The notes under the pieces: model-generated
What the model was told of the DNA's origin: nothing
The model's input: only the letters and a program-made list of their open reading frames with translations
Database searches by the model: none
From: Candidatus Pacearchaeota archaeon CG_4_10_14_0_2_um_filter_35_33
GTDB lineage: Archaea > Nanobdellota > Nanobdellia > Pacearchaeales > GW2011-AR1
Assembly: GCA_002792635.1 (NCBI GenBank)
Contig: PFOR01000027.1
Location: 2,563 to 66,562, forward strand
DNA: 64,000 nucleotides
Direction: 5' to 3'
Shown: in pieces, positions 1-9,303 of the stretch
Numbering within the stretch: position 1 is the stretch's first letter
Layout: every line of letters starts with the position of its first letter
Translations under genes and position numbers: made by a program

Positions 1-587
1 CTTACATAGTTACGTGTCAGGATGGTGCTGGAAATGAGGGGTCTAGTTCATCTACGGATATAACAACTGATGCTTGTAGCGGTGGAGGAGGCGGTGGAGG
101 AGGCGGTGGAGGCCAGAATGCGCCGGATGAAGAGGTTACATGGACTGATACAATTGATGAGACTGGTACTGAGTTGAGAGACTTGGGTCTTGTTAGGAAA
201 AGAATTAGTGTAGAGCAGAGAGTTAGTTTGACTATTATGGGTCAAGAACACCATGTTGGAGTGGTCAGCTTGGGAACTAGAAGTGCTGTTCTCGAAATAG
301 CCAGCGAGCCACAACAGGTTAACTTTGCAGTTGGGGAAACTAGGAAGTTTGATGTTGATGGTGATGGAGTATATGATTTGATGGTTACACTAAAGGCTGT
401 AGATTCAGATGGAGCTGATGTGGACATGCAATACATTCAAGAAGAAATTTCTCCTGCGGTGGATGAGGGGACAACAACCACTGGCACTATAGACAGTGGA
501 ATCTCAACAACTGGATGGATAATAGGCATAATCGTCTTGATTGTAATAATCGTGTTGATTGTTTACTTTGTCAAGAAAAAGAAGTAA
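1..587 (+). CDS. Membrane-anchored surface protein, C-terminal part (5' end lies outside the window)
   Basis: Frame 3 is open from base 3 with no stop. It encodes a Gly11 linker, an acidic beta-rich domain, and a C-terminal TM helix IIGIIVLIVIIVLIVYFV followed by KKKK. Confidence 0.6.
   Translation, partial: YIVTCQDGAGNEGSSSSTDITTDACSGGGGGGGGGGGQNAPDEEVTWTDTIDETGTELRDLGLVRKRISVEQRVSLTIMGQEHHVGVVSLGTRSAVLEIASEPQQVNFAVGETRKFDVDGDGVYDLMVTLKAVDSDGADVDMQYIQEEISPAVDEGTTTTGTIDSGISTTGWIIGIIVLIVIIVLIVYFVKKKK
81..113 (+). repeat. Tandem 12-nt repeat GGTGGAGGAGGC (2 full copies plus a 9-nt partial copy) encoding the poly-Gly linker
   Basis: Read directly: ggtggaggaggc ggtggaggaggc ggtggaggc. Confidence 0.8.
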
Positions 588-626
588 ACTGAAATGTTTA
601 TTAAGTTAGTTTTCTAAATTGATTGT

Positions 627-2297
627 ATGATTAGGGATTATGTCGTAAAAGCTGTTTCAGGGGTTTTGAAAGAAGATGTTTCTGACATTTTAGAAGTTCC
701 AAAGAGTTTTGATATGGGAGACTATGCACTGCCTTGTTTTTCATTTTCAAAGAAACTAAGAAAAAACCCTGTAGAAATTGCGAATGATATTGCAAAGAAA
801 ATTAAAGCGGGGAAAGAGATAGAAAAAGTTGTAGCTGTTGGAGGTTATGTTAACTTCTTTCTTAATTCTGGAAAGCTAGCTGAAAGAGTTATCGGGGATA
901 TTAAAGGAAAGAAGGAGAAATATGGTTCTGGTAAATCGGGGAAGGGGGTTACAATGGTCGAATTCTCTCAACCAAATACCCATAAAGCGTTTCACTTTGG
1001 GCATGTTAGAGGAACAAGTTTAGGGGAAAGTTTGGCTAGAATACTCGAATTCTCGGGAGAAAAAGCTGTCAGGGCTAATTATTCAGGTGATACGGGTATG
1101 CATATAGCAAAATGGCTATGGTGTTATATGAAATATCATTCTCATGAAAGGATAGTAAATGATGAGAAATGGATTGCTGGTATTTATGTTGATGCTGTTA
1201 AAAAACTGGAGAGCAATGAGAGTTTTGCGGAAGAAGTTGAAGAAATCAATAGAAAATTGGATTCTAGAAATGATGAGAAGCTGAACAAATTATGGGATAT
1301 GACAAGGAAATTTTCAATTTCTTCATGGGATAGAATTTATCATGAACTAAATACCAGATTTGATGTACATTATTTCGAAAGTGAGTTTGAAAAATCTGGA
1401 AAGAAAGAATGTAAGAACCTCATTAATAAAAAAATTGCAAAACTCTCTGATGGGGCGACAATTGTTGATTTGAAAAATAAAGGACTTGGAGTTATAGTTT
1501 TATTGAGGAAAGATGGGACTGTTCTATATGGTGCGAAAGATCTTGCACTTGCTAGAAAGAAATTTAGAGATTATAACTTAAACAGGTCAATTTATGTCAT
1601 TGGCAAGGCCCAGGATTTGCATATACACCAAGTTTTTGAGATTTTGAAGATGGCTGGATTCAAATATGTTGATAGTTTGGAATATGTTCCAATAAGCGAG
1701 ATAAGGTTTCCGTGGGGAAAAATGAGCTCTAGGAGTGGAGAAAATGTCCTTTATTCAGAATTTAGGGATAAAATGATCGAGTATGCTGTAAAAGAAATAG
1801 AAAAAAGATATAAGTTAAGTAGTAAAGATGCGTATGATAGGGCATTGGCAATTGCAACTGCTGCAATTAAGTATTCTATATTAAAGCAAGATGTTAATAA
1901 AAACATTATATTTAATCCGAAAGAAGAAATAAAATTTGAAGGGGATACAGGACCTTATTTGTTGTATAGTTATGCAAGGGCATTAAGCATTCTTGAAAAA
2001 GCAAAATATAAGGGAAAGAGATTCTCTGCTGGTAAATTAGGGCCAGAAGAAAAAAAGTTAGCTGTCTTGTTTGGAAGATTCCCTGAAATTGTAGAAAATT
2101 CTTATAGGAATTTGAATCCTGCTTTAATTGCTCATTACTCTTACGAACTTGCAAAAACATTCAGTGAATTTTATCACAACTGTCAGGTAATTGGCTCAGA
2201 TTCTGAACAGTTTAGATTGGAATTAGTAAGTTGCTTCGCACAGGTCCTGAAGAATTCCCTTAATCTGCTTGGAATCGATGTTCTTGAGAAAATGTGA
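627..2297 (+). CDS. argS: Arginyl-tRNA synthetase
   Basis: 556 aa. HIGH-type motif HFGHVRG, KMSK-type loop GKMSSRSG, and a C-terminal DALR-like anticodon-binding region. TGA stop. TATA TTTATTAA lies 30 nt upstream of the ATG. Confidence 0.9.
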   Translation: MIRDYVVKAVSGVLKEDVSDILEVPKSFDMGDYALPCFSFSKKLRKNPVEIANDIAKKIKAGKEIEKVVAVGGYVNFFLNSGKLAERVIGDIKGKKEKYGSGKSGKGVTMVEFSQPNTHKAFHFGHVRGTSLGESLARILEFSGEKAVRANYSGDTGMHIAKWLWCYMKYHSHERIVNDEKWIAGIYVDAVKKLESNESFAEEVEEINRKLDSRNDEKLNKLWDMTRKFSISSWDRIYHELNTRFDVHYFESEFEKSGKKECKNLINKKIAKLSDGATIVDLKNKGLGVIVLLRKDGTVLYGAKDLALARKKFRDYNLNRSIYVIGKAQDLHIHQVFEILKMAGFKYVDSLEYVPISEIRFPWGKMSSRSGENVLYSEFRDKMIEYAVKEIEKRYKLSSKDAYDRALAIATAAIKYSILKQDVNKNIIFNPKEEIKFEGDTGPYLLYSYARALSILEKAKYKGKRFSAGKLGPEEKKLAVLFGRFPEIVENSYRNLNPALIAHYSYELAKTFSEFYHNCQVIGSDSEQFRLELVSCFAQVLKNSLNLLGIDVLEKM

Positions 2298-2368
2298 GCC
2301 TTTGTCGTCGATAAACTGATGAGTGGAGTATAGTAAAGATTAAAAACCCTAATTTGTTGTGGTAGCCT

Positions 2369-2539
2369 ATGGTGATAGGATTATTAATAGTGAGTACAGG
2401 TTTTTTGATAGTTCTGTTCTTAATTTTATTTGTAATTCTCGTTACTAAACCGAAGCATAATCATTTTGAGCATAGAAAGAAGAGGAAGGAACTAGATAAT
2501 TTGAAGAAGCAGATTAATGGTGATGAAGATGCATGGTAA
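2369..2539 (+). CDS. Small membrane protein (56 aa, below the ORF-track cutoff)
   Basis: MVIGLLIVSTGFLIVLFLILFVILV is a TM helix followed by a basic tail. TATA ATTAAAAA at 2339-2346 lies 30 nt upstream of the ATG. Confidence 0.45.
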   Translation: MVIGLLIVSTGFLIVLFLILFVILVTKPKHNHFEHRKKRKELDNLKKQINGDEDAW

Positions 2540-2550
2540 GGTTTAAAAAC
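2537..2550 (+). promoter_or_regulatory. Promoter (BRE/TATA) of the SRP RNA gene, 14-mer TAAGGTTTAAAAAC
   Basis: The TATA TTTAAAAA starts 28 nt upstream of the predicted RNA 5' end. The identical 14-mer also precedes tRNA-Ala and RNase P RNA. Confidence 0.6.
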
Positions 2551-2569
2551 AGGATTTCTTGTTAAATAT

Positions 2570-2826
2570 GTAGACGAGCTGGCACGTTAGCCCCGTGCTA
2601 TTCGCAAATGGGCTTTATGGCGGAGCTTAAAGGAGCGAGTGACGCAGAATCATGATAGTCTTCAGCTGGACGTTGAGGCACTGTCCTGTTCGACTCTGCT
2701 CCTGTGAAATGGGTCAGGCCAGGAATGGAGCAGCCCTAAACAAGAGTTTGGGTGCTTACGGGGGTGCGGTGCTGAGGAAGGTTGAAGGTAGCTATCATGG
2801 CAATGTTGAGCAAACTCCCCGTCTAC
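2570..2826 (+). ncRNA. SRP RNA (7S RNA)
   Basis: Helix 8 signature GGGTCAGGCCAGGAATGGAGCAGCC. The 5' GTAGACG pairs with the 3' CGTCTAC. GC content is far above its surroundings and oligo-T runs follow. The overlapping 60-aa ORF 2652-2834 is spurious. Confidence 0.75.
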
Positions 2827-2887
2827 ACTTTTGAGTTTGCGGGAGGTTTTTTGAAAGATATATAAATGCTGGTTTTTTATTAAGTAT

Positions 2888-3430
2888 ATGAATAAAAGAG
2901 GGCAATTTTTTATTTTGGCTGCAATTATTGTTATCGCAATTGTTTCTGGATTAGCCGGTATTGCTAACTACGCTAGTGCTGGAAGTGAACAGGAAGCATT
3001 TTATGATTTATCTAGGGAGGTTGGGTTTGAAACAAAAAGAGTTTTAGACTGGGGCGTTTTTAATGAAGAAAATGTTGATGTTTTAACTGAGGGATTTTTG
3101 TATGAATATGCAAATTATATTGCGACTGAAAGAGAAGAAGTTTTGTTTGTATATGCTGATGAGGAAAGTTTAGAGATTGAGGCTTTAATATTTTTAGAAG
3201 AAAGTGTGGGGAGAATTGGTCTTGACACTGGGTCTAATAGAGATAAGGGAATACAGATAAATAGACGAACTGGAAAAGAGGTGGAAGAAGTTTTTGTCGA
3301 CAATATTCAAAAAAAAGTTACTGTTAGGATAGACGGGATTGATTATACTTCTCATCTCACAAAGGGACAAAATATATTTTTTGTTATAATAAAAGAGGTT
3401 GATGGAGAAAGATATGTTGCTACGGGATAA
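2888..3430 (+). CDS. Class III signal peptide (archaeal type IV pilin-like) protein
   Basis: N-terminus MNKRG|QFFILAAIIVIAIV has a basic residue, then Gly, then a hydrophobic helix. Confidence 0.65.
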   Translation: MNKRGQFFILAAIIVIAIVSGLAGIANYASAGSEQEAFYDLSREVGFETKRVLDWGVFNEENVDVLTEGFLYEYANYIATEREEVLFVYADEESLEIEALIFLEESVGRIGLDTGSNRDKGIQINRRTGKEVEEVFVDNIQKKVTVRIDGIDYTSHLTKGQNIFFVIIKEVDGERYVATG

Positions 3431-4583
3431 AAAAGGCGTAAGTTTGATGATAGGATATGTTCTTCTTATAGTGATAGCTGTTAGCTTGGGTGCTTTAGTA
3501 TTTGGTTATCTCAAATATTATGTTTCTGGTCCTCAGGCAGAATGTCCTGATAATCTTGCTTTGAGTATTGAACAAGCTAGTTGTGGGGGTGGAATTGTTA
3601 TGGTCCAACTAAAAAATAGGGGTTTATGGAATCTTGATGGTGCTTATATTAGGATTGGTGAGCCCGGTAGGGAATTTAAGTTACAGTTAAACGCCCCTCC
3701 AGATACTGTTAGGTTTGCTGACTATTATGATACTGAGGGATTGCCTCCTGGCGAGATTTGGCCAAGGGTTGGAGGCCCAAGAAGTTATGACTATACTGGC
3801 ATAGGTCCTCATATTTTGGAAGTTGAACCTGCCTTATTTATTGATGACGAATGGGTTTTATGTAATGAGGCAATAATCAGACAGGAAATTGAATGTGGTA
3901 ATGGGGTTAACACAGCACCTATTGTGACAATAAGAAGTCCTGAAAGTACCACATATAGCCCTGGTGAGAACATTTTATTTGATTATAGCATCATTAAAGC
4001 AGATACTTGCAAGTTTAGATTGTTTGACATGACTGATGATGTTCAGATAGATGCAAGACAAGGGTTAAGATGGTGTGAGCTAAATCAAGAAAGAACTCTT
4101 GAATCAGGAAACCAGTATAACTTTAGCGCTTATGGTGAGAACTCGTTAGGAGAATATGATATAGAGGAGGTAATATTTGATGTGGCAGAGGAGCCTATAA
4201 ACTATCCTGATATAACCTTAGAATTGCCCTTGACTTATCCACCTAGATTTTATGATAATTGTGGTGCTGTGCCTTACAAGTATTTTGTAAATAATGTAGG
4301 GGATAATTCTCCTGTTGAATGTTGGTTTGAGTTATGGGATGACCTTGGAAATCAGATAGGAGATACTCAGATGTTATATGATTCTGACTGCCAGGCTAAT
4401 AATGAAATAAAAGAGGGAACATTCCATTTTGGTTTAGAAGGGGGAGTGGGAGAAGGTATCTTTAAAGCAAGAGGAAGAGATATTGTTGGGTATGAGATTA
4501 CAAAAGAGGTCGCATTCCGTATTGAGGATACTGACTGTAAAATTCCTAAAGGCCAAGGAGGTAATGGAATGTACCAGCTTTAG
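3399..4583 (+). CDS. Large pilin-like protein with a class III signal peptide and two Ig-like C-terminal modules (possible adhesive or minor pilin)
   Basis: DKKG|VSLMIGYVLLIVIAV. An alternative ATG lies at 3414. The C-terminal half is beta-rich and contains Cys. Confidence 0.6.
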   Translation: MMEKDMLLRDKKGVSLMIGYVLLIVIAVSLGALVFGYLKYYVSGPQAECPDNLALSIEQASCGGGIVMVQLKNRGLWNLDGAYIRIGEPGREFKLQLNAPPDTVRFADYYDTEGLPPGEIWPRVGGPRSYDYTGIGPHILEVEPALFIDDEWVLCNEAIIRQEIECGNGVNTAPIVTIRSPESTTYSPGENILFDYSIIKADTCKFRLFDMTDDVQIDARQGLRWCELNQERTLESGNQYNFSAYGENSLGEYDIEEVIFDVAEEPINYPDITLELPLTYPPRFYDNCGAVPYKYFVNNVGDNSPVECWFELWDDLGNQIGDTQMLYDSDCQANNEIKEGTFHFGLEGGVGEGIFKARGRDIVGYEITKEVAFRIEDTDCKIPKGQGGNGMYQL

Positions 4584-4608
4584 TTAGCTAAACATATAAA
4601 AAGAAAAA

Positions 4609-5097
4609 ATGAATAGTAATAAGATGGGAAGAGGGGAAAGGAAAGGATTGTCGCCGGTTGTGGCTACGGTTTTATTGATATCAATAGTTATTGTTTTGGC
4701 ATTAATAATCTTTCTATGGGCCAAAGGTTTTGTTTCTGAAAAGAACCTTAAATTTCAGAAGGCTATTGAATTATCGTGTGATGATGTCGATTTTGTCGCG
4801 GATTATGTTGCAAATAGTAATTACTGTGATGGGGATGATGAAATAGGTATTGTTAATCAAGCAGATGTTCCCATATATGGGATTATTGTGAAGGAAATTG
4901 GTCCTGGGAGGGTTAATGCTAATGATATCTTTCCTGATTCAACTCTTAATCAGGGTGAAAGTAGAAGGATTTGTTTAGAGCCAATAAGTGGAAACACAGA
5001 GGGGTTGTTAGTTGTCCCTGTCTTGCTCGGGCAGTCTGGCTCGACAAGAAAAACACATGATTGTGATGACTCATATGGGTTCGTCATCCCATTATAG
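4609..5097 (+). CDS. Archaeal type IV pilin (Pilin_N / DUF1628-like)
   Basis: ERKG|LSPVVATVLLISIVIVLALII. TATA spacing favours the second ATG at 4624 (MGRGERKG...). Confidence 0.75.
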   Translation: MNSNKMGRGERKGLSPVVATVLLISIVIVLALIIFLWAKGFVSEKNLKFQKAIELSCDDVDFVADYVANSNYCDGDDEIGIVNQADVPIYGIIVKEIGPGRVNANDIFPDSTLNQGESRRICLEPISGNTEGLLVVPVLLGQSGSTRKTHDCDDSYGFVIPL

Positions 5098-5131
5098 GAA
5101 ATATTAAAAACTAAAAAAGGTAAATAAAAGG

Positions 5132-5683
5132 ATGAATTTGAAAAAGAGGGGATTGTCGCCGGTTGTGGCTAGCGTTTTGATAATATTGATAACTGTAGTC
5201 GCTGCAATGGTTATTGCCTCTTTTGTTATTCCCTGGGTTGGACAGATTGGAGAAGAAGGACAGGAGTGTTTTAATGTTTTAGGAGATTTGTCATTTAAGA
5301 GCACCCCTTATATGTGTTATGGATATGATGAAGTAAATACTCAAAATGTCACTGGATTTAGTGTTGAAATTAATAGTGATGAAATAGAGGGCTTCATATT
5401 ATTTGGGATTAAAGGGGGAAGTTCTGATAGGTTTGTTATTTTGGATGGAGACAGCCATCCTGAATTGAAGATGCTTGAAAATGCAGATTTTAATACACCC
5501 TTGGATGTTCCTTCCAGAGGGGGGGTTGTAACCTATGTTTATGATGGGTATATAGATTCATTTGAGATTCGTCCTATTCTAAAAGGAGGAAATGAGTGTG
5601 AAAGGAGTGATTCTTTTGAACCAAGATTGTGTTCGAATGATGAGGTTGTTTTGTGTATGTCTCGGAGTGGTGACTTCTGTTAA
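5132..5683 (+). CDS. Archaeal type IV pilin (Pilin_N / DUF1628-like), paralog of 4609-5097
   Basis: KKRG|LSPVVASVLIILITVV. It shares a 22-nt identical stretch ggattgtcgccggttgtggcta with the previous gene. Confidence 0.75.
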   Translation: MNLKKRGLSPVVASVLIILITVVAAMVIASFVIPWVGQIGEEGQECFNVLGDLSFKSTPYMCYGYDEVNTQNVTGFSVEINSDEIEGFILFGIKGGSSDRFVILDGDSHPELKMLENADFNTPLDVPSRGGVVTYVYDGYIDSFEIRPILKGGNECERSDSFEPRLCSNDEVVLCMSRSGDFC

Positions 5684-5688
5684 AGGAA

Positions 5689-6228
5689 ATGTTAAATAAA
5701 AAAGGACAGATTTGGGTTGAGACTGTTATTTATACTCTTATTGGGCTGGTTTTGATAGGAATTGTTCTTGCATTGCTTACTCCAAAAATAAATGAAATCA
5801 AAGACAAATCGATAGTTGATCAAACCATAGATGCCATGAAAGTTTTTGATTCCAAGATATCTGAGATTGTTGAGGGGGGGGCAGGAAATGTAAGAAATGT
5901 TGAATTTGGTATGAAAAGAGGTTCGTTATATGTTGATGGAGTAAATGATCTTGTTATGTATGAAATGGAAGATAGCAGAGTTATATATTCTGAGCCGAGT
6001 GTTGCCAGTAATGTTGGACGTATATCTGTCTTAACAGAAGAAGGAAGCATAGGTCACAGAGTTACATTAACTATAAATTATGATTTTGATTTGAAAGTTA
6101 ATGGGGTTGACGAAGAGAAAAAGTTCACTGCGGCTCCTGTCCCCTATAGGTTCTCGGTCAGCCATGGTGGATTTAGCGTAGGTTCTGAAACTAGAGAAAT
6201 AATAAATATCGTAGAATTAGGGCAGTAA
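5689..6228 (+). CDS. Class III signal peptide (pilin-like) protein
   Basis: MLNKKG|QIWVETVIYTLIGLVLIGIV. Confidence 0.6.
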   Translation: MLNKKGQIWVETVIYTLIGLVLIGIVLALLTPKINEIKDKSIVDQTIDAMKVFDSKISEIVEGGAGNVRNVEFGMKRGSLYVDGVNDLVMYEMEDSRVIYSEPSVASNVGRISVLTEEGSIGHRVTLTINYDFDLKVNGVDEEKKFTAAPVPYRFSVSHGGFSVGSETREIINIVELGQ

Positions 6229-6247
6229 GAAGATTTAAATAAAAAAT

Positions 6248-7795
6248 TTGTTTAGTCCTTATGAGAAGATGGTGTTGAAAATTAATGTTAATCCCGTTGT
6301 TCCTGCATTACCTAGAATCAGGGATAAAACTAAGATAGACTTAAGATATTCATTGATTTCTCCATACGCTAATGCTCACATTTATTGGGATCCCAAAGCG
6401 AGAGAGTTGGTTTATGATTTAGAAGAGCCTGTGCTTGATTCGTTAGTGAGGGATACTCTTGAAAAGATAGAGGCTGGAATGGTGGAATTAATTAACATAA
6501 CTTCCGTTGTTGAAAGGACCGAAGAAGCGTTGATGGACTACATAGATAAGACCGCTAGAATTTTGATAAATGAGCTTGATTTGAAAGTTACTGAAACCGC
6601 CTATGAAAAGTTATTCTATTATCTTTATAGGGACTTTATTGGGTTAAATGAAATAGACCCTTTGTTAAAAGATTATTACATTGAAGATATAGAATGTAAT
6701 GGTGTTAATACCCCTATTTACATAATTCACAGAATTTATAGAAATCTTAGGACCAATATAAAATTTGACAAGGTTGAGAAATTAGCAAGTTTTGTTGAAA
6801 AACTTTCCCAAAGGACGGGCAGACATTTATCATATGCCCAGCCATTGCTTGATGGAACTTTGCCTGATGGGAGCAGAGTTAACGCGACTTATACTAAAGA
6901 TGTTACATCAAGAGGTCCAACCTTTACAATAAGAAAGTTCACAAAAGTTCCTTGGACTCCTACACAATTAATAGCATTGAATACCCTTAGTCCTGAAATG
7001 CTTGCATATTTCTGGCTTTTGTTACAATATAAGTCCAATATATTTATAGCTGGAGGAACTGCTTCTGGTAAGACTACTTTACTAAATGCACTTGCATTTT
7101 TTATTTCCCCCGAAGCGAGAGTTGTTTCTATTGAAGACACTAGAGAACTTAATCTACCCAGAGAAAACTGGATTCCTGCTGTTGCGAGAACTTCGATAGG
7201 GGTTGGAAAAGTTGGGGAAGTAGATTTGTTTGATTTACTTAAAAATTCTTTCAGACAGAATCCAGATTATGCGATTGTTGGAGAGGTTAGAGGAAGAGAG
7301 GCATTCGTATTATTCCAGGGAATGGCTTCGGGACATCCCAGCATGGGGACTATTCACGCAGATTCACTGGAAACAATGATTAGAAGGCTTCAAACACCCC
7401 CTATCAGCTTATCTCCTACATTAGTTAATACACTTGATTGTGTTGTAGTTATTTCGCATGCAATAGTCAGTAAGAAGCCAACCAGAAGACTTAGGCAGAT
7501 TGTAGAAGTCGTTAATGTTAATCCTGATGGAAGTACTGTGATAAACACTCCTTTTGTATGGGATCCTAAGCAAGATATCTTCTATTTTAAGAAACAAAGC
7601 AAGGTTTTCGAGAAAATATCTGACAGATATGGGATACCTATACAAGATCTCCAGCAGGAATTCATAATAAGAGCCAGGCTTCTTTATGCACTTTATCAGA
7701 AAAGGATTTTTGGATTCGAAGAAGTTGAGAAGGTTATAAATGAATATTATCTGAATCCTGAAGCTGTTTTGAGAAGGTTTGGGCTTATGCGTTGA
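6248..7795 (+). CDS. Type IV pilus/archaellum-type secretion ATPase (FlaI/PilB/GspE family)
   Basis: Walker A GGTASGKTTLLNA, SIEDTRELNL, Walker B region AIVGEVRGREA, and His box GHPSMGTIHA. The ORF-track start is TTG; the first ATG is at 6269. Confidence 0.9.
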   Translation: MFSPYEKMVLKINVNPVVPALPRIRDKTKIDLRYSLISPYANAHIYWDPKARELVYDLEEPVLDSLVRDTLEKIEAGMVELINITSVVERTEEALMDYIDKTARILINELDLKVTETAYEKLFYYLYRDFIGLNEIDPLLKDYYIEDIECNGVNTPIYIIHRIYRNLRTNIKFDKVEKLASFVEKLSQRTGRHLSYAQPLLDGTLPDGSRVNATYTKDVTSRGPTFTIRKFTKVPWTPTQLIALNTLSPEMLAYFWLLLQYKSNIFIAGGTASGKTTLLNALAFFISPEARVVSIEDTRELNLPRENWIPAVARTSIGVGKVGEVDLFDLLKNSFRQNPDYAIVGEVRGREAFVLFQGMASGHPSMGTIHADSLETMIRRLQTPPISLSPTLVNTLDCVVVISHAIVSKKPTRRLRQIVEVVNVNPDGSTVINTPFVWDPKQDIFYFKKQSKVFEKISDRYGIPIQDLQQEFIIRARLLYALYQKRIFGFEEVEKVINEYYLNPEAVLRRFGLMR

Positions 7796-7828
7796 AAGGT
7801 ATATAAACGTTAATTTGTTTCTTAAAGT

Positions 7829-7993
7829 ATGAAAAAAGAGGATGCGGGGACGCTTTTTCAGTTAAATGAATCTTTAAAGGAGGCCGTAAATAAGCTGGGA
7901 TATTTTTACAATAAAGGAGATAAACAGAATTTTGAGGCTGTTAAACAAGAAATTCTGGCTATTCAGGGAAAGATTGACGCGTTGGCGAGATAA
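7829..7993 (+). CDS. Small helical protein (54 aa, below the ORF-track cutoff)
   Basis: ATG lies 29 nt downstream of TATA TATATAAA (7800-7807). The sequence is heptad-like, MKKEDAGTLFQLNESLKEAVNKL...ILAIQGKIDALAR. Confidence 0.4.
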   Translation: MKKEDAGTLFQLNESLKEAVNKLGYFYNKGDKQNFEAVKQEILAIQGKIDALAR

Positions 7994-7994
7994 G

Positions 7995-9302
7995 ATGTTT
8001 GAAGAATTAAGGGAGAATATAAGAACCCAAGAAGGATTGATTAGAGAACTTGGTAATTTTTATTCCAAGCTTGGTATGTCTAATCAAGAAGATACTAAGT
8101 TAATTATGGGGATAATTGATTCTATAATAAAAAGGATAAGAATTTCCAATCAAACTATACCTGAACTCGTTAGACATGTTACTCTTGCAAAGCAATTTAC
8201 TAATGTTAAAGTGGGAGATTTACAAAAGGCAAAGAAGATACAGAAGGTTAATTTGGGTAACAAGGAGGTTGCTGTTAAATCTAAGGATAAAAAAAAGTTT
8301 ATTGAAGAACTTAACATAAGTAAAAGTCTGATTAGAAGGTTGCAGAGGAGTGAATTAAAACAAGAAGAGGAAACAAGTTATGGTGCTAAAAGGGCTGGAT
8401 TTTATTCTAAGATTGCGAATAAAATTTTTCTGAAAAAATCACAGGATTGGCTCGAAAGAGGATTATTTAGGAAATTGGTGTTGGATATAAGAAAGAGTAA
8501 TATCAACATTCTGAGTCCTACTTATATATCAATCATGTTCCTTACACCTATTATTATGATATTTGTTTCATTACTTTTAGCTATATTCCTCTTATTTTTT
8601 AGCGCGGGTTTTACATTTCCATTTATTACAACTTACGAAGGGAGCTTGGGGATTAGGATTTTACAGACTTGGTGGATAATAATTGCTATTCCAATTTTTA
8701 CATGGGTTTCATTTTATTTCTATCCAACTTTGGAAAAAAAGTCATTAGGAACAAAGATAGATCAAGAATTGCCTTTTATGGTGATTCAAATGGGTTCTAT
8801 AGCTGGAAGTGGAATTGAACCTGTTGAAATATTCAAAATTATTGGACTTGGGAAAGATTATAGATATGCAGGGAAAGAAGTTAGGAAATTGTTAAACCAA
8901 ATAAATATTTATGGATATGATTTGGTTACTGCATTAACGAATATTGCTAATTCCACTCCGAGTAAGAAATTATCAGAATTATTTGGTGGGCTTGCCATTA
9001 CGATAAGTTCTGGGGGGCAATTGGAGACATTCTTTGAGAAAAGGGCTGACAGTTTACTTTTGGAATATTCTTTGGAAAGAGAAAGATTTACGAAAGTTGC
9101 CGAGACTTTTATGGACATATATATTAGTGTGGTTATTGCCACACCTATGATTTTACTATTATTATTGATTATGGTCTCTGTTTCAGGAATAGGTGTAGGG
9201 GGCTTGGGAATCACTCAACTGACTACTGCCATTATCTTATTGGTTGCCGTAGTTAATGTTATATTCCTTATCTTCCTGAATATGAAACAGCCAAGCTACT
9301 AA
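7995..9302 (+). CDS. FlaJ/TadC-like polytopic membrane protein (T2SS-F domain), first of a split pair
   Basis: Soluble N-terminal region followed by TM bundles flanking a T2SS-F-like cytoplasmic domain. The ATG at 7995 immediately follows the small ORF stop. The TTG at 7932 in the ORF track would overlap that small ORF. Confidence 0.8.
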   Translation: MFEELRENIRTQEGLIRELGNFYSKLGMSNQEDTKLIMGIIDSIIKRIRISNQTIPELVRHVTLAKQFTNVKVGDLQKAKKIQKVNLGNKEVAVKSKDKKKFIEELNISKSLIRRLQRSELKQEEETSYGAKRAGFYSKIANKIFLKKSQDWLERGLFRKLVLDIRKSNINILSPTYISIMFLTPIIMIFVSLLLAIFLLFFSAGFTFPFITTYEGSLGIRILQTWWIIIAIPIFTWVSFYFYPTLEKKSLGTKIDQELPFMVIQMGSIAGSGIEPVEIFKIIGLGKDYRYAGKEVRKLLNQINIYGYDLVTALTNIANSTPSKKLSELFGGLAITISSGGQLETFFEKRADSLLLEYSLERERFTKVAETFMDIYISVVIATPMILLLLLIMVSVSGIGVGGLGITQLTTAIILLVAVVNVIFLIFLNMKQPSY

Positions 9303-9303
9303 A

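Noticed and set aside
2652-2834. 60-aa ORF on the plus strand
   Set aside because: It lies entirely inside the GC-rich SRP RNA gene. It has no TATA+29 geometry and a Cys/Arg/Gly-rich translation typical of reading through structured RNA.
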